64,000 nucleotides of DNA, taken from positions 66,482-130,481 of IMG/VR virus record IMGVR_UViG_3300027769_001114. One strand, written 5' to 3'. The notes beneath the pieces were generated by a model, which did no database searches, was not told where the DNA came from, and worked only from the letters and a program-made list of their open reading frames with translations. The translations under genes were made by a program, and so were the position numbers. Numbering within the stretch: position 1 is the first letter of the stretch; each line of letters starts with the position of its first letter. Of the stretch, positions 9,773-18,704 are shown in pieces. This stretch comes from a virus.

Positions 9773-10101
9773 CAGGTCTCCTCTATGCCGACGACCGTGA
9801 AGGTAACCGTCGTCGCCGACGCTGTCATGAACAGTTTCTCTGCCGCGGCAAGTACGAGACTCAAGTTCACGGTCATAGTTTCGTTAGCACCTACTGCCAT
9901 ACTCGAGAGGATGCTGACGGCTGCCGTAACCCCACCGATACCTACCGAGACGGTGGCAGCACTTGCGGCCGTGTTGCAGATGATGATCTGTTTGACGATG
10001 GTGGTCGTCAGAGATGGGACGAGATACCTACCGGCAGTCGTATCCGTAGATGTCGTAACCGCCACTACCGGCCCAAACAGGCGTTTTTGCGTTATGGGCA
10101 T
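9772..10101 (-). CDS. small beta-rich virion structural-like protein
   Basis: YLVP..TTTIVKQIIICNT...LVLAAAEKL...V.GIE pattern of small phage tail-associated proteins. Confidence 0.6.
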   Translation of the reverse strand: MPITQKRLFGPVVAVTTSTDTTAGRYLVPSLTTTIVKQIIICNTAASAATVSVGIGGVTAAVSILSSMAVGANETMTVNLSLVLAAAEKLFMTASATTVTFTVVGIEET

Positions 10102-10234
10102 TTTCGACCTCCGTGTAGGCGTACGAGCTTAGACGCTCCCTGTCAATCATAACCCATTGAGGTACAGGACCAAAGTAGTCTTATCGCATTGACCTAGCGA
10201 ACCATCGCAGGTATCTTATGTTCGGAGGAATGAA

Positions 10235-10423
10235 ATGACCAATAACGAAATATCCGTTGAAGGACTCATCAGGGAGATGTCGGCAAAGATCGGCGAAGTG
10301 ACGACCGAGAACATTGCCCTCCGACTACAGGTTGCGGAACTCGTGGCACTACTCAATAGTCCTCCGGCAGATGTTGCCACCGAGCAACTCTTGGCACAGG
10401 CATATGACCAACGCATCGACTGA
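10235..10423 (+). CDS. small coiled-coil hypothetical protein
   Basis: GGAGG RBS; heptad pattern. Confidence 0.6.
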   Translation: MTNNEISVEGLIREMSAKIGEVTTENIALRLQVAELVALLNSPPADVATEQLLAQAYDQRID

Positions 10424-10724
10424 CGATCTCATCTGGCACGACGACGGACACGTCCTATGGCTTGAACTCAATAGGAGTGAACTAATGGTCCTGTCTGTCC
10501 TCTGCCCGGGTGGCGAGGAGTGTGCCGACTCCCGAGGTCGGTGTGTCGTGGAATGGTTCATCAACAGGTTTGGTCTTGAGTGCCATGTCGGCGTATGCGT
10601 GCCAGAGGAACAGGTAAGGATCGCTTGGGCCATAGTTGGCGACAAGGACGAGAAGGACGAATCTCAAGTGTGGGTCATCTCGGTGACGGACGACCTGTAC
10701 GCCGCATGGAGATCAACGCAATAA
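10404..10724 (+). CDS. hypothetical protein (Cys/Trp-rich)
   Basis: ORF overlapping the upstream stop. Confidence 0.6.
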   Translation: MTNASTDDLIWHDDGHVLWLELNRSELMVLSVLCPGGEECADSRGRCVVEWFINRFGLECHVGVCVPEEQVRIAWAIVGDKDEKDESQVWVISVTDDLYAAWRSTQ

Positions 10725-10777
10725 CACGGTTCGTCTAGGAGAGACTCCGAACAAACGACATTACTATCAAAGTCGTT

Positions 10778-12895
10778 ATGAGGATGTCAAGTAAGGGCAG
10801 AGGCCGAGTCAACCCGATCAGCGTCGTCGGTCTCGTCATGATCCTATTCGGGATGTTCGGTGCATTTTTCCCCAGCAGGGCGATGGCATCTACCTATGAA
10901 GTCACTCAGGCGCAAGACTTTCTCTTTTCGTTGACTTCCAGCCAACAGTTCGTTGTCACCGCAGACGCACAGAGGTACGGCATCGACAGTCACCTATGGC
11001 TGTACAACGGGTCAGGCGAACTCATCGCAGCTAACGATGACCACTACGGTCTTGACTCGTATATCTCCATTGCTCTTAGCCCTGGCTCATACAGGTTGCG
11101 CGCTGGAGTCTGTTGTGGCGACCCGAACGCATGGTACGGATCGTCTTACCAAATCACGGTCAACACGGAAGCAATCAACGAGCCAACGACGACAACGAGT
11201 ACTACAAGTACTACAAGTACTACAAGTACTACTACAAGTACTACGACGAGTACCACCACCACGATCGCTCCGTTCATGAGCCAGCCGACGAATGTTGCCG
11301 TAGTCAACTCTGGTAACGGTGTCAACATCTCGTGGGATGCTCCGAACGAGGGAAACATTGAGCCAGAACGGTACGCCATCACCTGGTACTGCGCCGGCTG
11401 TGAGGGCAAAGCTATTTCTTCCTACGAGACGAGCATGTATATCGCGTACCCCGTGATCGCCGAGTCTGGCCCAATAGGGCAGAACTTCTATTTCTCCGTC
11501 AGGGCAGATAACGACACGTTGAGCGTCTACTCCGGTTGGTCTGAAGGAGTGACGGTGAGGGTTGGCCCGACAGTTCCCGATACATCAGAGAGTGGTGGTG
11601 GTTGTGGCCCATACACGCCGAGGCTCGTCGTAGGTAAGTCGCAGGGTGGTGCGGTTTGGGGTTCCAATCCGTACACGGATGACTCCGATATGGGTGTCGC
11701 CGCAGTAAACGCTGGCTTGATCTCTGTCGGAGAGTGGGCCGTCATAGAGCCGTATTGGGTGGACAACTATTCAACATTCCCTAGTGGTACGAACAACGGA
11801 ATCACCACTTACGCGTGGAACTCCTCGTGGTGTGGTTACTACCTCAAAGTCTCAGGGACGCCAACCCCGACCACCACGACAACGACCACCACCACAACGA
11901 CGACTACCGAACCGCCAACAACCACAACGAGCACTACGACGACCACAGAGCCAGAAACAACTACTACTGAGCCCGAGACCACAACGACCGAGACCACAAC
12001 GACCACGAGTACTACAACAACGACAACTACTACTGAACCGCCGGCACCACCGACCGGGACAACCAGCACCACGACCACGGAGGCACCTGTTGAGCAGACG
12101 ATCCCCCCAACGCCAAGCACGACTCAAGTACCTCAATCAACAACGATCCCGCAAACTACAACGACGACGACCCAACCGCAGGTGACTATCCCTGATGTTC
12201 CCGAGGCCGAGCAAGAACTCGCTGATCAGGGTTACGACGCCGAAGAGGTTCAGCAGATAACAGAGACGGCTTCTGCGCTTGAGGATGCTGGTTACTCGGA
12301 AGAGGACGCAATCAGCATCGCTCAGACATCTTTGGATCTGCAAGACGAGGGCTACTCCGAAGAAGAGGCACTAACTATCGCCGAAACATCACTCGAACTA
12401 CAGGACAAGGGCTACGACGAGGAAACTGCAATCGCCATCGCCGAGACATCTCTTGCCCTTGAGGAAAAAGGTTACGACGAAGAGACGGCACTTGAGATCG
12501 CCGAGACAGCCAACGAGGTAGAGGATCTCGGCTTCTCAGAAGAAGACTCAGTTGACATTGCTGAGACGGCAAACGAACTAGGTGACAAGGGGTACGACGA
12601 GGAGACGGCCGTAATCATCGCCGTTGAATCCTTCGAGATACAGGAACAAGGCTTTGATGAAGACGATGCCCTCAGGGCCGCCGAGGCAAACGTGTCGCCG
12701 TTGGCAGGCGTGCTTGGTGAGTCGACTGTCGCAGCCCCGTCGGTCGGACCAATAACGCTTCACATCGTCATCACTCCACAGGAGAGGCGCACCGTCGTAG
12801 CGGCGGGAGTCACTGTCGTATTCGGCGGCGCCACAATATCAAGTTCTAGTAGTATGTCAAGCACGTCGTCTGGCCCATCGGGCAGGAAGAGGTAG
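10778..12895 (+). CDS. large secreted/membrane protein: PPC-like, FN3-like and LCCL-like domains, Thr-rich linkers, acidic repeats
   Basis: N-terminal hydrophobic signal; DSHLWLYN..GELIAANDD (PPC-like); ISWDAP..Y..W...FSVRA.N (FN3); VWGSNPYTDDSD..AAVNAG (LCCL). Confidence 0.8.
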   Translation: MRMSSKGRGRVNPISVVGLVMILFGMFGAFFPSRAMASTYEVTQAQDFLFSLTSSQQFVVTADAQRYGIDSHLWLYNGSGELIAANDDHYGLDSYISIALSPGSYRLRAGVCCGDPNAWYGSSYQITVNTEAINEPTTTTSTTSTTSTTSTTTSTTTSTTTTIAPFMSQPTNVAVVNSGNGVNISWDAPNEGNIEPERYAITWYCAGCEGKAISSYETSMYIAYPVIAESGPIGQNFYFSVRADNDTLSVYSGWSEGVTVRVGPTVPDTSESGGGCGPYTPRLVVGKSQGGAVWGSNPYTDDSDMGVAAVNAGLISVGEWAVIEPYWVDNYSTFPSGTNNGITTYAWNSSWCGYYLKVSGTPTPTTTTTTTTTTTTTEPPTTTTSTTTTTEPETTTTEPETTTTETTTTTSTTTTTTTTEPPAPPTGTTSTTTTEAPVEQTIPPTPSTTQVPQSTTIPQTTTTTTQPQVTIPDVPEAEQELADQGYDAEEVQQITETASALEDAGYSEEDAISIAQTSLDLQDEGYSEEEALTIAETSLELQDKGYDEETAIAIAETSLALEEKGYDEETALEIAETANEVEDLGFSEEDSVDIAETANELGDKGYDEETAVIIAVESFEIQEQGFDEDDALRAAEANVSPLAGVLGESTVAAPSVGPITLHIVITPQERRTVVAAGVTVVFGGATISSSSSMSSTSSGPSGRKR
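11198..11245 (+). repeat. AGTACTACA tandem repeat encoding Ser/Thr linker
   Basis: Directly visible 9-bp tandem units. Confidence 0.85.
12215..12690 (+). repeat. eight 20-codon acidic repeats (GY[DS]EE.A..IAET..L...)
   Basis: Period visible in translation and DNA (GGCTACGACGAGGA-like units about every 60 bp). Confidence 0.85.
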
Positions 12896-12897
12896 TA

Positions 12898-13332
12898 ATG
12901 ATCAGGAAAATCTTCGAGGGCATCTTGCGCCCCTTCTTCAGCGCACCCAGGGTGGTCGTTGATCTAGCCATTGACGACTCCGTCCCGGAACGGTGGCTAA
13001 TACTTGATGCCACCAGCCTTGCCGTTGCCGGTCTTGAGGATGGCGGACACGCAACTGCCAACAACCTGCCCGTCAGGGTGTCCGAGGGTGACTCCCCCGC
13101 CTGCAGTGCCGAGACCGCCGAGGTCATCGGAGCATATTCCGTGATCGTCCGTAGGAGAGTTTTGGTTGCCATCATTCGAGAAATCTGGACTTTGTCTTGG
13201 ACTCTCGTCGGAATGGCCATGGTTCTTGTCACATTGTCGGGCGACGCTCAAAAGATATCCGCCACCTTGATCCTGATCGGTCTTGTATTGCATACAATGA
13301 ACCTGAGGTTGCCAAGGACCCCAAGGAAATAG
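12898..13332 (+). CDS. membrane protein (two C-terminal TM segments)
   Basis: WTLSWTLVGMAMVLVTL and ISATLILIGLVLH hydrophobic segments. Confidence 0.65.
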   Translation: MIRKIFEGILRPFFSAPRVVVDLAIDDSVPERWLILDATSLAVAGLEDGGHATANNLPVRVSEGDSPACSAETAEVIGAYSVIVRRRVLVAIIREIWTLSWTLVGMAMVLVTLSGDAQKISATLILIGLVLHTMNLRLPRTPRK

Positions 13333-13337
13333 GAGAA

Positions 13338-13547
13338 ATGATGAAGATCACCCAAGAGCACAAAGCAATACTGGCGTCGTATGGCAGGTCAATCATTGGT
13401 GCTGCCGTTGCAACATACACCGCAACGCAGGATTGGAAGTTGACATTAAATGCCCTTTGGGCCGCCGCACTCCCAGTCGCAATGAGGTACCTCAACCCCA
13501 ACGACACCGCTTTCGGTCGTGTCTATAAGGGTGGAATCAACAAATGA
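13338..13547 (+). CDS. putative holin
   Basis: Small 2-TM protein with dual Met start and YLNPNDTAFG tail, directly before the endolysin; AGGAG RBS. Confidence 0.7.
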   Translation: MMKITQEHKAILASYGRSIIGAAVATYTATQDWKLTLNALWAAALPVAMRYLNPNDTAFGRVYKGGINK

Positions 13548-14356
13548 GTCTCCCATTCATCAAGCTCGTCGTCCCCACCGCACTCAAGAGCAGGTTCAAG
13601 AACGGACAACTCGATCCTTCCGTCCTGGCTTCAGTCAAGACCGGCGGACGCATGTACGCGCCTGTGGCCGATCAGTTCAATAAGATGTACGACGCCGCCA
13701 TGGGGGCTGGATTCAAGCTCAAGAATGTTGGCGACTACCGCGGCTTTGACGATCAGTTGAAGATGTTCCTTGATCGTTATGTCACCACCGACACCGGCAC
13801 CGGAGTCACTCGTCAGTATGACGGCAAGACCTGGTGGCTCAAGAAGGGCAAGGCCCCATCGGCCGCCCCAGATCCTACAGGCGTGAAGGGCTCCAACCAC
13901 GGTTGGGGACTCGCCATTGACCTTGGCTATGACGTCAATGGCAAGCTCACCTCAATGGGAGGTGCTTGCTTTGACTGGATGTGCGCCAACGCCCCCAAGT
14001 ATGGCTTCTACCTTCAGGGAGACAACAGGGCATCTAAGGAGTTTGAGGCCTGGCACTGGCAGTACTGCCTCGGTGACAACGCCCCTGACGGTTCGGCTCA
14101 GTCCGCCCCATCGGCTCCCGCCGCCGCTCCTGCTCCCGCCGCTGGCGGACTTAACTTCGCCTACCCAGGAGCACCCGTAAAGAAGGGTTCCAAGGGTGAT
14201 GCAGTCAAACTTGTTCAGGCAATGGTTAAGGCTAACCCTGTTGACGGAGACTTTGGTCCCGGCACTGAGGCTCAGGTCAAGGCATGGCAAAAGGGCAAGG
14301 GACTAACCACTGACGGTGTCATCGGGCCTGTTACATGGAAGGCGATGTTCGGTTGA
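13544..14356 (+). CDS. endolysin: M15/VanY-like peptidase plus peptidoglycan-binding domain
   Basis: DYR...Q, SNHGWGLAID, EAWHW zinc motifs; C-terminal KGSKGDAVK.VQ..DGDFGPGT..VK.WQ..GL..DGVIGP.TW. Confidence 0.92.
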   Translation: MSLPFIKLVVPTALKSRFKNGQLDPSVLASVKTGGRMYAPVADQFNKMYDAAMGAGFKLKNVGDYRGFDDQLKMFLDRYVTTDTGTGVTRQYDGKTWWLKKGKAPSAAPDPTGVKGSNHGWGLAIDLGYDVNGKLTSMGGACFDWMCANAPKYGFYLQGDNRASKEFEAWHWQYCLGDNAPDGSAQSAPSAPAAAPAPAAGGLNFAYPGAPVKKGSKGDAVKLVQAMVKANPVDGDFGPGTEAQVKAWQKGKGLTTDGVIGPVTWKAMFG

Positions 14357-14613
14357 TAAGGCAGATCACCCTTCGTATCCTGGCGGCTTTTGCTGCCTCT
14401 GGGCTCGGCGTTGTCGGTGCTGGCTCAATCGCCGGTGTTCCGTTATGGAAGGCCACGCTCATGGCCGGCATCGGTGGAGTTGCGACTGTCATTGAACGCC
14501 TAGCGAGGCTGTACCTTGATGACGGCAAACTCTCGGCGCATGATATTGACATGGCGTTCGGTGTCATTCAGAAAGTTCCAGACGCAGAACCTGAGGAGCC
14601 AGTAAAAGCATGA
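14353..14613 (+). CDS. membrane protein, possible second holin
   Basis: Two hydrophobic segments, overlaps endolysin stop, DDGKLS..DID tail. Confidence 0.6.
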   Translation: MIRQITLRILAAFAASGLGVVGAGSIAGVPLWKATLMAGIGGVATVIERLARLYLDDGKLSAHDIDMAFGVIQKVPDAEPEEPVKA

Positions 14614-14753
14614 CAACGAAGGGCATCGTTTCATCTGCGGTAACCGCACTCATCGTGTTGTTCACTGTCCCGTGTGCGATTATGTCCGTAGCGATGGCTA
14701 AGGCTTTTGCCGATCATCACAGGAATGTCAAGAGTGGGATGCGTTGGGAATGA
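14610..14753 (+). CDS. small membrane protein
   Basis: 47-aa ORF MTTKGIVSSAVTALIVLF..., ATGA-coupled on both sides. Confidence 0.5.
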   Translation: MTTKGIVSSAVTALIVLFTVPCAIMSVAMAKAFADHHRNVKSGMRWE

Positions 14754-15163
14754 CCACCGCCTATTCGCCGTATTGGTACAACGCCAAGGTTCTCAAGACT
14801 GTTGACGGCGACACCATTGACCTCATGGTTGACCTCGGTTTTGATGTTCATCACAAGATCAGGGTTCGTCTGTTCGGAGTCAACACGCCGGAGTCAAGGA
14901 CGAAGGATGCCGCCGAGAAGGAGATGGGACTCAAAGCCAAAGCTTTCACCCATGACTGGCTCGAAGGTCATCCTGAAGTTTTCGTTCAGACAGTGGCAGA
15001 CAAGAACGAGAAGTATGGCAGAGTCCTGGCAAACATCTATTCCAGCAACCTCGTAGATGACCCGTCTACGGCCTGTCTCAACAAAGACATCATCGGTGCT
15101 GGCTACGCCAGGGAGTATTTCGGCATTGGGGACAAAACTTGGAATGAGTATAAAAAGAAGTGA
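14750..15163 (+). CDS. thermonuclease (SNase-like)
   Basis: VDGDTID, VRLFGVNTPE, KYGRVLA. Confidence 0.9.
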   Translation: MTTAYSPYWYNAKVLKTVDGDTIDLMVDLGFDVHHKIRVRLFGVNTPESRTKDAAEKEMGLKAKAFTHDWLEGHPEVFVQTVADKNEKYGRVLANIYSSNLVDDPSTACLNKDIIGAGYAREYFGIGDKTWNEYKKK

Positions 15164-15214
15164 TGTAGCCTCGGTTGTCGGTGGTCCAACAACGACTGAC
15201 GGCAAAGAAAAAGA

Positions 15215-15517
15215 TTAGAGAAAATGCTTTGCGATACTTGCTACGGCAAGCACGCACCAAAGAAGGTTGAACACGATAATCGTTGGCAATGTCTTCTTTG
15301 TTGATGTCCAGATCAGGCTTGCGCTGGAAGCGAGCGCAAAGATATAAAGCCACCACCACTGCTTGCCAAATAGCAAGCCTGGGAAGATGATGGCAATCTT
15401 CGTCATGAAGGCCCAAAACTCAACGGCGTTTACCTTCGTCCAATAGCCCGGGGACGACATCGTCATCAAGGCGTCCTTCACATTGCCGTACGCACGTCGT
15501 GCTTTGTCTGCTCTCAT
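15215..15517 (-). CDS. membrane protein
   Basis: Three hydrophobic segments. Confidence 0.65.
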   Translation of the reverse strand: MRADKARRAYGNVKDALMTMSSPGYWTKVNAVEFWAFMTKIAIIFPGLLFGKQWWWLYIFALASSASLIWTSTKKTLPTIIVFNLLWCVLAVASIAKHFL

Positions 15518-15662
15518 TCGTTGTCCTCGGTTGGCCGATATGTGAATACAACCAATGTTTCCTTATCTCTGGCAACAGGGTCGCCAGCTGGCCACTCCTC
15601 ATCCATTGGGATCTCGATGATACGGAATGTCAATCCGTCAACGACTACTTCCCTCTCTGGAC

Positions 15663-16028
15663 CTACGGCCACTTACTTGCCTGACCGGGACAAAGTGTGA
15701 TGATGGCAGAAGACACGACCGAACGTTGGAGGACGGCGTCACCCTCGTCATCAGAACCTTCGTTGATCCTTGCCTCTACACCTTCTGAACCCATCCCAAG
15801 ACCGATGGCGTAACACCAGGTGTTGCCAAGTTCTATGAGTTCGGTGTCAGTTTTGTTGATCGGCGGCAGGTACGAAGACTTAAAGTCTTCAAGGAAAGCA
15901 GACTCTGCTTGGGTGTTGCGCAATACGGGGATCTCATCGTTATCCGAACCACTAAAGCGCCCTGAGGCGATGGAAGCGATGAGTACCACGAGGGCGATCG
16001 CCCACGAGATATAGGCGGCTTTCTTCAT
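15663..16028 (-). CDS. membrane-anchored DUF732-like protein
   Basis: N-terminal TM; E.AFL...LIELG..WC...G...A...LCP. Confidence 0.6.
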   Translation of the reverse strand: MKKAAYISWAIALVVLIASIASGRFSGSDNDEIPVLRNTQAESAFLEDFKSSYLPPINKTDTELIELGNTWCYAIGLGMGSEGVEARINEGSDDEGDAVLQRSVVSSAIITLCPGQASKWP

Positions 16029-16459
16029 TCGCTAAACTTGTACTCTTGCTCAGGGCAGAAGTTGAGGATGGCCGAAGCAACTACTGAAGTCAGAAGTTCC
16101 TCAATGTCTGGGTCGCCATCTGCTGATGAAGCAATCGCGCTGATCGTCTCGTAAGCCGTACCGCCACTACGAAGAGCCTCGCAAGTTGCGTAGCCAGCGT
16201 CAATCATGTCTTGGTCTTCCAAGTAGATCGCATTGTCATAACTTGTGTTGATGTCGTAGATGAACTCGTCTTCGTCTGTGTAGACGGGTTCGGGTGCTGA
16301 TGTCGCAATCGGTGCGTCAGTCGTTTTGACAACTTTCTCAGTTGTTTCAGGGCTGTTCGGCACTTCTGTGTCTGTTACATAAATGGTCTTAGTTCCGCCA
16401 CACGAGGCGAGAGCCATGGCAATAACGCCGATGATTGTTGTTGTCCTGAATAGTTTCAT
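16025..16459 (-). CDS. lipoprotein, DUF732-like
   Basis: Lipobox LASC; MIDAGYATC..L..G...A..NFCPE; AAAGGA RBS. Confidence 0.7.
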   Translation of the reverse strand: MKLFRTTTIIGVIAMALASCGGTKTIYVTDTEVPNSPETTEKVVKTTDAPIATSAPEPVYTDEDEFIYDINTSYDNAIYLEDQDMIDAGYATCEALRSGGTAYETISAIASSADGDPDIEELLTSVVASAILNFCPEQEYKFSE

Positions 16460-16482
16460 ATCATTCCTTTTGTTGGTTGCGG

Positions 16483-16956
16483 TCAATCTAGTTCGTCGGG
16501 ATACCGGCGCCAAGTTACTTCGGTGCCATGATCCCAATAAGTGGGGATCATGCCAATGGCCCGAGCAGCGATATCTATTTCGGCAACCATCTTGGGGAGC
16601 TCCCTGTCGAGGTTGATCAGCCACGAGGCACAGAAGAGTTGCTCCGACCAGTAGGCCATCGCCGCCGGTAGGAGTCCCCTGATCTCAGCATGGTGTGGGT
16701 GGACTATGTCGTCAGCGACGAGTTCCATACCTTCAGGAGTGACGACCATGCTCCTCATCGTCCCAGGCGTGGACTTGATATACCCACGTTTCTGCATATG
16801 GTTGATCACACCCTGAGCCGATGCCGACGACGAGTAGCCGATGTGCCTGCCAATCTCCCTGACCGACGGCGGGTAACCCCGAACGGACATCGTGTTCACT
16901 ATGAAGGCGATGACTTTGGCGTGCGTCTCCGTGGATGACTCTGATGCGTAACTCAT
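16483..16956 (-). CDS. LexA-type DNA-binding domain protein lacking the S24 peptidase domain
   Basis: GYPPSVREIGRHIGYSS.ASAQ......KRGYI..TPG..RS. Confidence 0.8.
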   Translation of the reverse strand: MSYASESSTETHAKVIAFIVNTMSVRGYPPSVREIGRHIGYSSSASAQGVINHMQKRGYIKSTPGTMRSMVVTPEGMELVADDIVHPHHAEIRGLLPAAMAYWSEQLFCASWLINLDRELPKMVAEIDIAARAIGMIPTYWDHGTEVTWRRYPDELD

Positions 16957-17225
16957 GCGAGTTCCCTGGCGATATCCCACCAGGCTTGCCCCCATACATT
17001 TGATGGGTGCTTGCCTAGATGGCAGGCGACTTCGTCGGCCCTGTGGACACTCAGTCCACTTTCCATCCAATGCCTAAGCGACGCACGGGTGAAACCGCAC
17101 GCCTCGGCTATCGTCCCAAGATCTGTTCCTGGATCCCACATTGAGATCAACGGTGCGACCGGGAGGCGGGCCTGGCTTCCGCGTTTCCTTAGTTTCTTAG
17201 TCGGTGTCTGCGTCTCTGCGATCAT
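16953..17225 (-). CDS. HTH DNA-binding protein
   Basis: IAEACGFTRASLRHW...GL....ADEVACHLGKHPS.VWG. Confidence 0.7.
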   Translation of the reverse strand: MIAETQTPTKKLRKRGSQARLPVAPLISMWDPGTDLGTIAEACGFTRASLRHWMESGLSVHRADEVACHLGKHPSNVWGQAWWDIARELA

Positions 17226-17895
17226 CGAGTACAGAAAGTACCCTCTCCACGGCAGTTTGTCCAATCCCCTCGCCGGAATACTCCCAACCGCCACCCTCCC
17301 TGCTCGTCCATCGCATAGATGGAAGCGGAATCTTTACGCCAAAGGTGTCTTCGTTTGACTTACCGGCACCACGCACGAGCTCCTGTGTCAATACCGCTTC
17401 CTTCACATGGCGCACTATCTCGTTCCTGCCGTATAGGTAGAGGTGGGCTGTCGGGCTAGTGGCGTTGACATATATGGTCACCCTCGCCGAAGCGATCGTG
17501 TGGATGGAAGGACTGACGAGATCCGGTGTCCCAAAAGCCACGAGTTGCTTATGGCCGACTCGGTCGTCCCAGACATTCGCATCTGCTAGATCCCAATACT
17601 CAATGCCGATAGCTTCTGCAACACGTTGCATCCCATCGTGATGCAACTGATTACTTGTGACCTCACAGAGTTCAACAAAGTTCATCGGATACTTCTCGGG
17701 GTTGATCGGTTGTCCCTTGCACTCGCCGTACTCTCCGGACGGGAAGCACAGGTCGCCCTTCTCCCAGTTCTCTACGGAGTCTGTAACGACCCTCGGTTCA
17801 ACTCCGATAACACGGCGAAAGAACTCCGTCGCCATTTCGAGCGCCGGACCTTCCTTGCCCCTGGCCAAACGGTATCCCTCATCCCTTGAGACCAC
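17197..17895 (-). CDS. hypothetical protein, possible PD-(D/E)XK nuclease fold
   Basis: GDL......GECK spacing. Confidence 0.45.
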   Translation of the reverse strand: MVSRDEGYRLARGKEGPALEMATEFFRRVIGVEPRVVTDSVENWEKGDLCFPSGEYGECKGQPINPEKYPMNFVELCEVTSNQLHHDGMQRVAEAIGIEYWDLADANVWDDRVGHKQLVAFGTPDLVSPSIHTIASARVTIYVNATSPTAHLYLYGRNEIVRHVKEAVLTQELVRGAGKSNEDTFGVKIPLPSMRWTSREGGGWEYSGEGIGQTAVERVLSVLDDRRDADTD

Positions 17896-17900
17896 GGATA

Positions 17901-18341
17901 TCAGGCCGACTTTGGGGTGTTGTTGGTCGCTGCCACCCCAAGCAGGGAAGCGAAACGGGCGCTATCAGGGTGCGAAAGCAGTCTGTTTCCGACGATCTTG
18001 TACATAACCCCTTTACCATAACGTGTTCTGGCCACAAAACCGGCGGATACGAGCTCCGCAGCGACCTTTTGGACACGTCCTTCCGACCATCCGAGCCTGT
18101 TGCCGAAAACCCTCAGAGTCCCGGTGGGAGTCGCTGCCATCTCGCACAACAAACGCCCGTGAGAAGAGAAGAGGGACACAGTCGGCTCCTTGCGCACGAC
18201 TCCGAAACCTTCAAGGGCGGAGGCGATTGCGGACGCAAGCATCTCAGGATCACCCGCAAACGAGACGGCGATCGACTTAATGACCTCGGATACGACCTGC
18301 GGGTCAACTGCGTTCCATGTAGTTACATTGGCGTCATTCAT
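17901..18341 (-). CDS. winged-helix (MarR-like) DNA-binding protein
   Basis: TLR..GNRLGWSEGRVQK...EL..AGFVARTR.G. Confidence 0.65.
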   Translation of the reverse strand: MNDANVTTWNAVDPQVVSEVIKSIAVSFAGDPEMLASAIASALEGFGVVRKEPTVSLFSSHGRLLCEMAATPTGTLRVFGNRLGWSEGRVQKVAAELVSAGFVARTRYGKGVMYKIVGNRLLSHPDSARFASLLGVAATNNTPKSA

Positions 18342-18437
18342 GTTGCCCCCGATGCTACTCTTTTGATCGGTGGCAACGCGTCATCTCCCACATATGGGGT
18401 CTTTGGGGTACTTATGCTCAGCAGGGAGTTACCGAGA

Positions 18438-18704
18438 ATGACTACGAAGAACCAAGCAAGCGGTCTGGCATCGCTTCTCAAGGATCTATCTAGCGGTCCG
18501 GCACGGAAGTGCAATGTGGCAAAACTTCTGGAGACTGTGGATAGCGATACTGCGTCCGCCCTTCAGACGGCACTTGACACGGCAACGGTCTCAAACAACA
18601 AGATCAGAGCTGCCTTGCTCACCGAGGGCATCAGGATGTCCCGCGACACTATCGGCGATCACCGCCGCGGTCGTTGCTCGTGCTCAATGGGGGCCACTAA
18701 ATGA
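18438..18704 (+). CDS. hypothetical protein, possible Zn-binding/HTH
   Basis: C.V.....HRRGRCSC; coupled to next gene. Confidence 0.6.
   Translation: MTTKNQASGLASLLKDLSSGPARKCNVAKLLETVDSDTASALQTALDTATVSNNKIRAALLTEGIRMSRDTIGDHRRGRCSCSMGATK

Noticed and set aside
11113-12185. Poly-Val, poly-Tyr and Arg/Gln-rich ORFs
   Set aside because: Alternative-frame and antisense readings of the Thr-rich linkers
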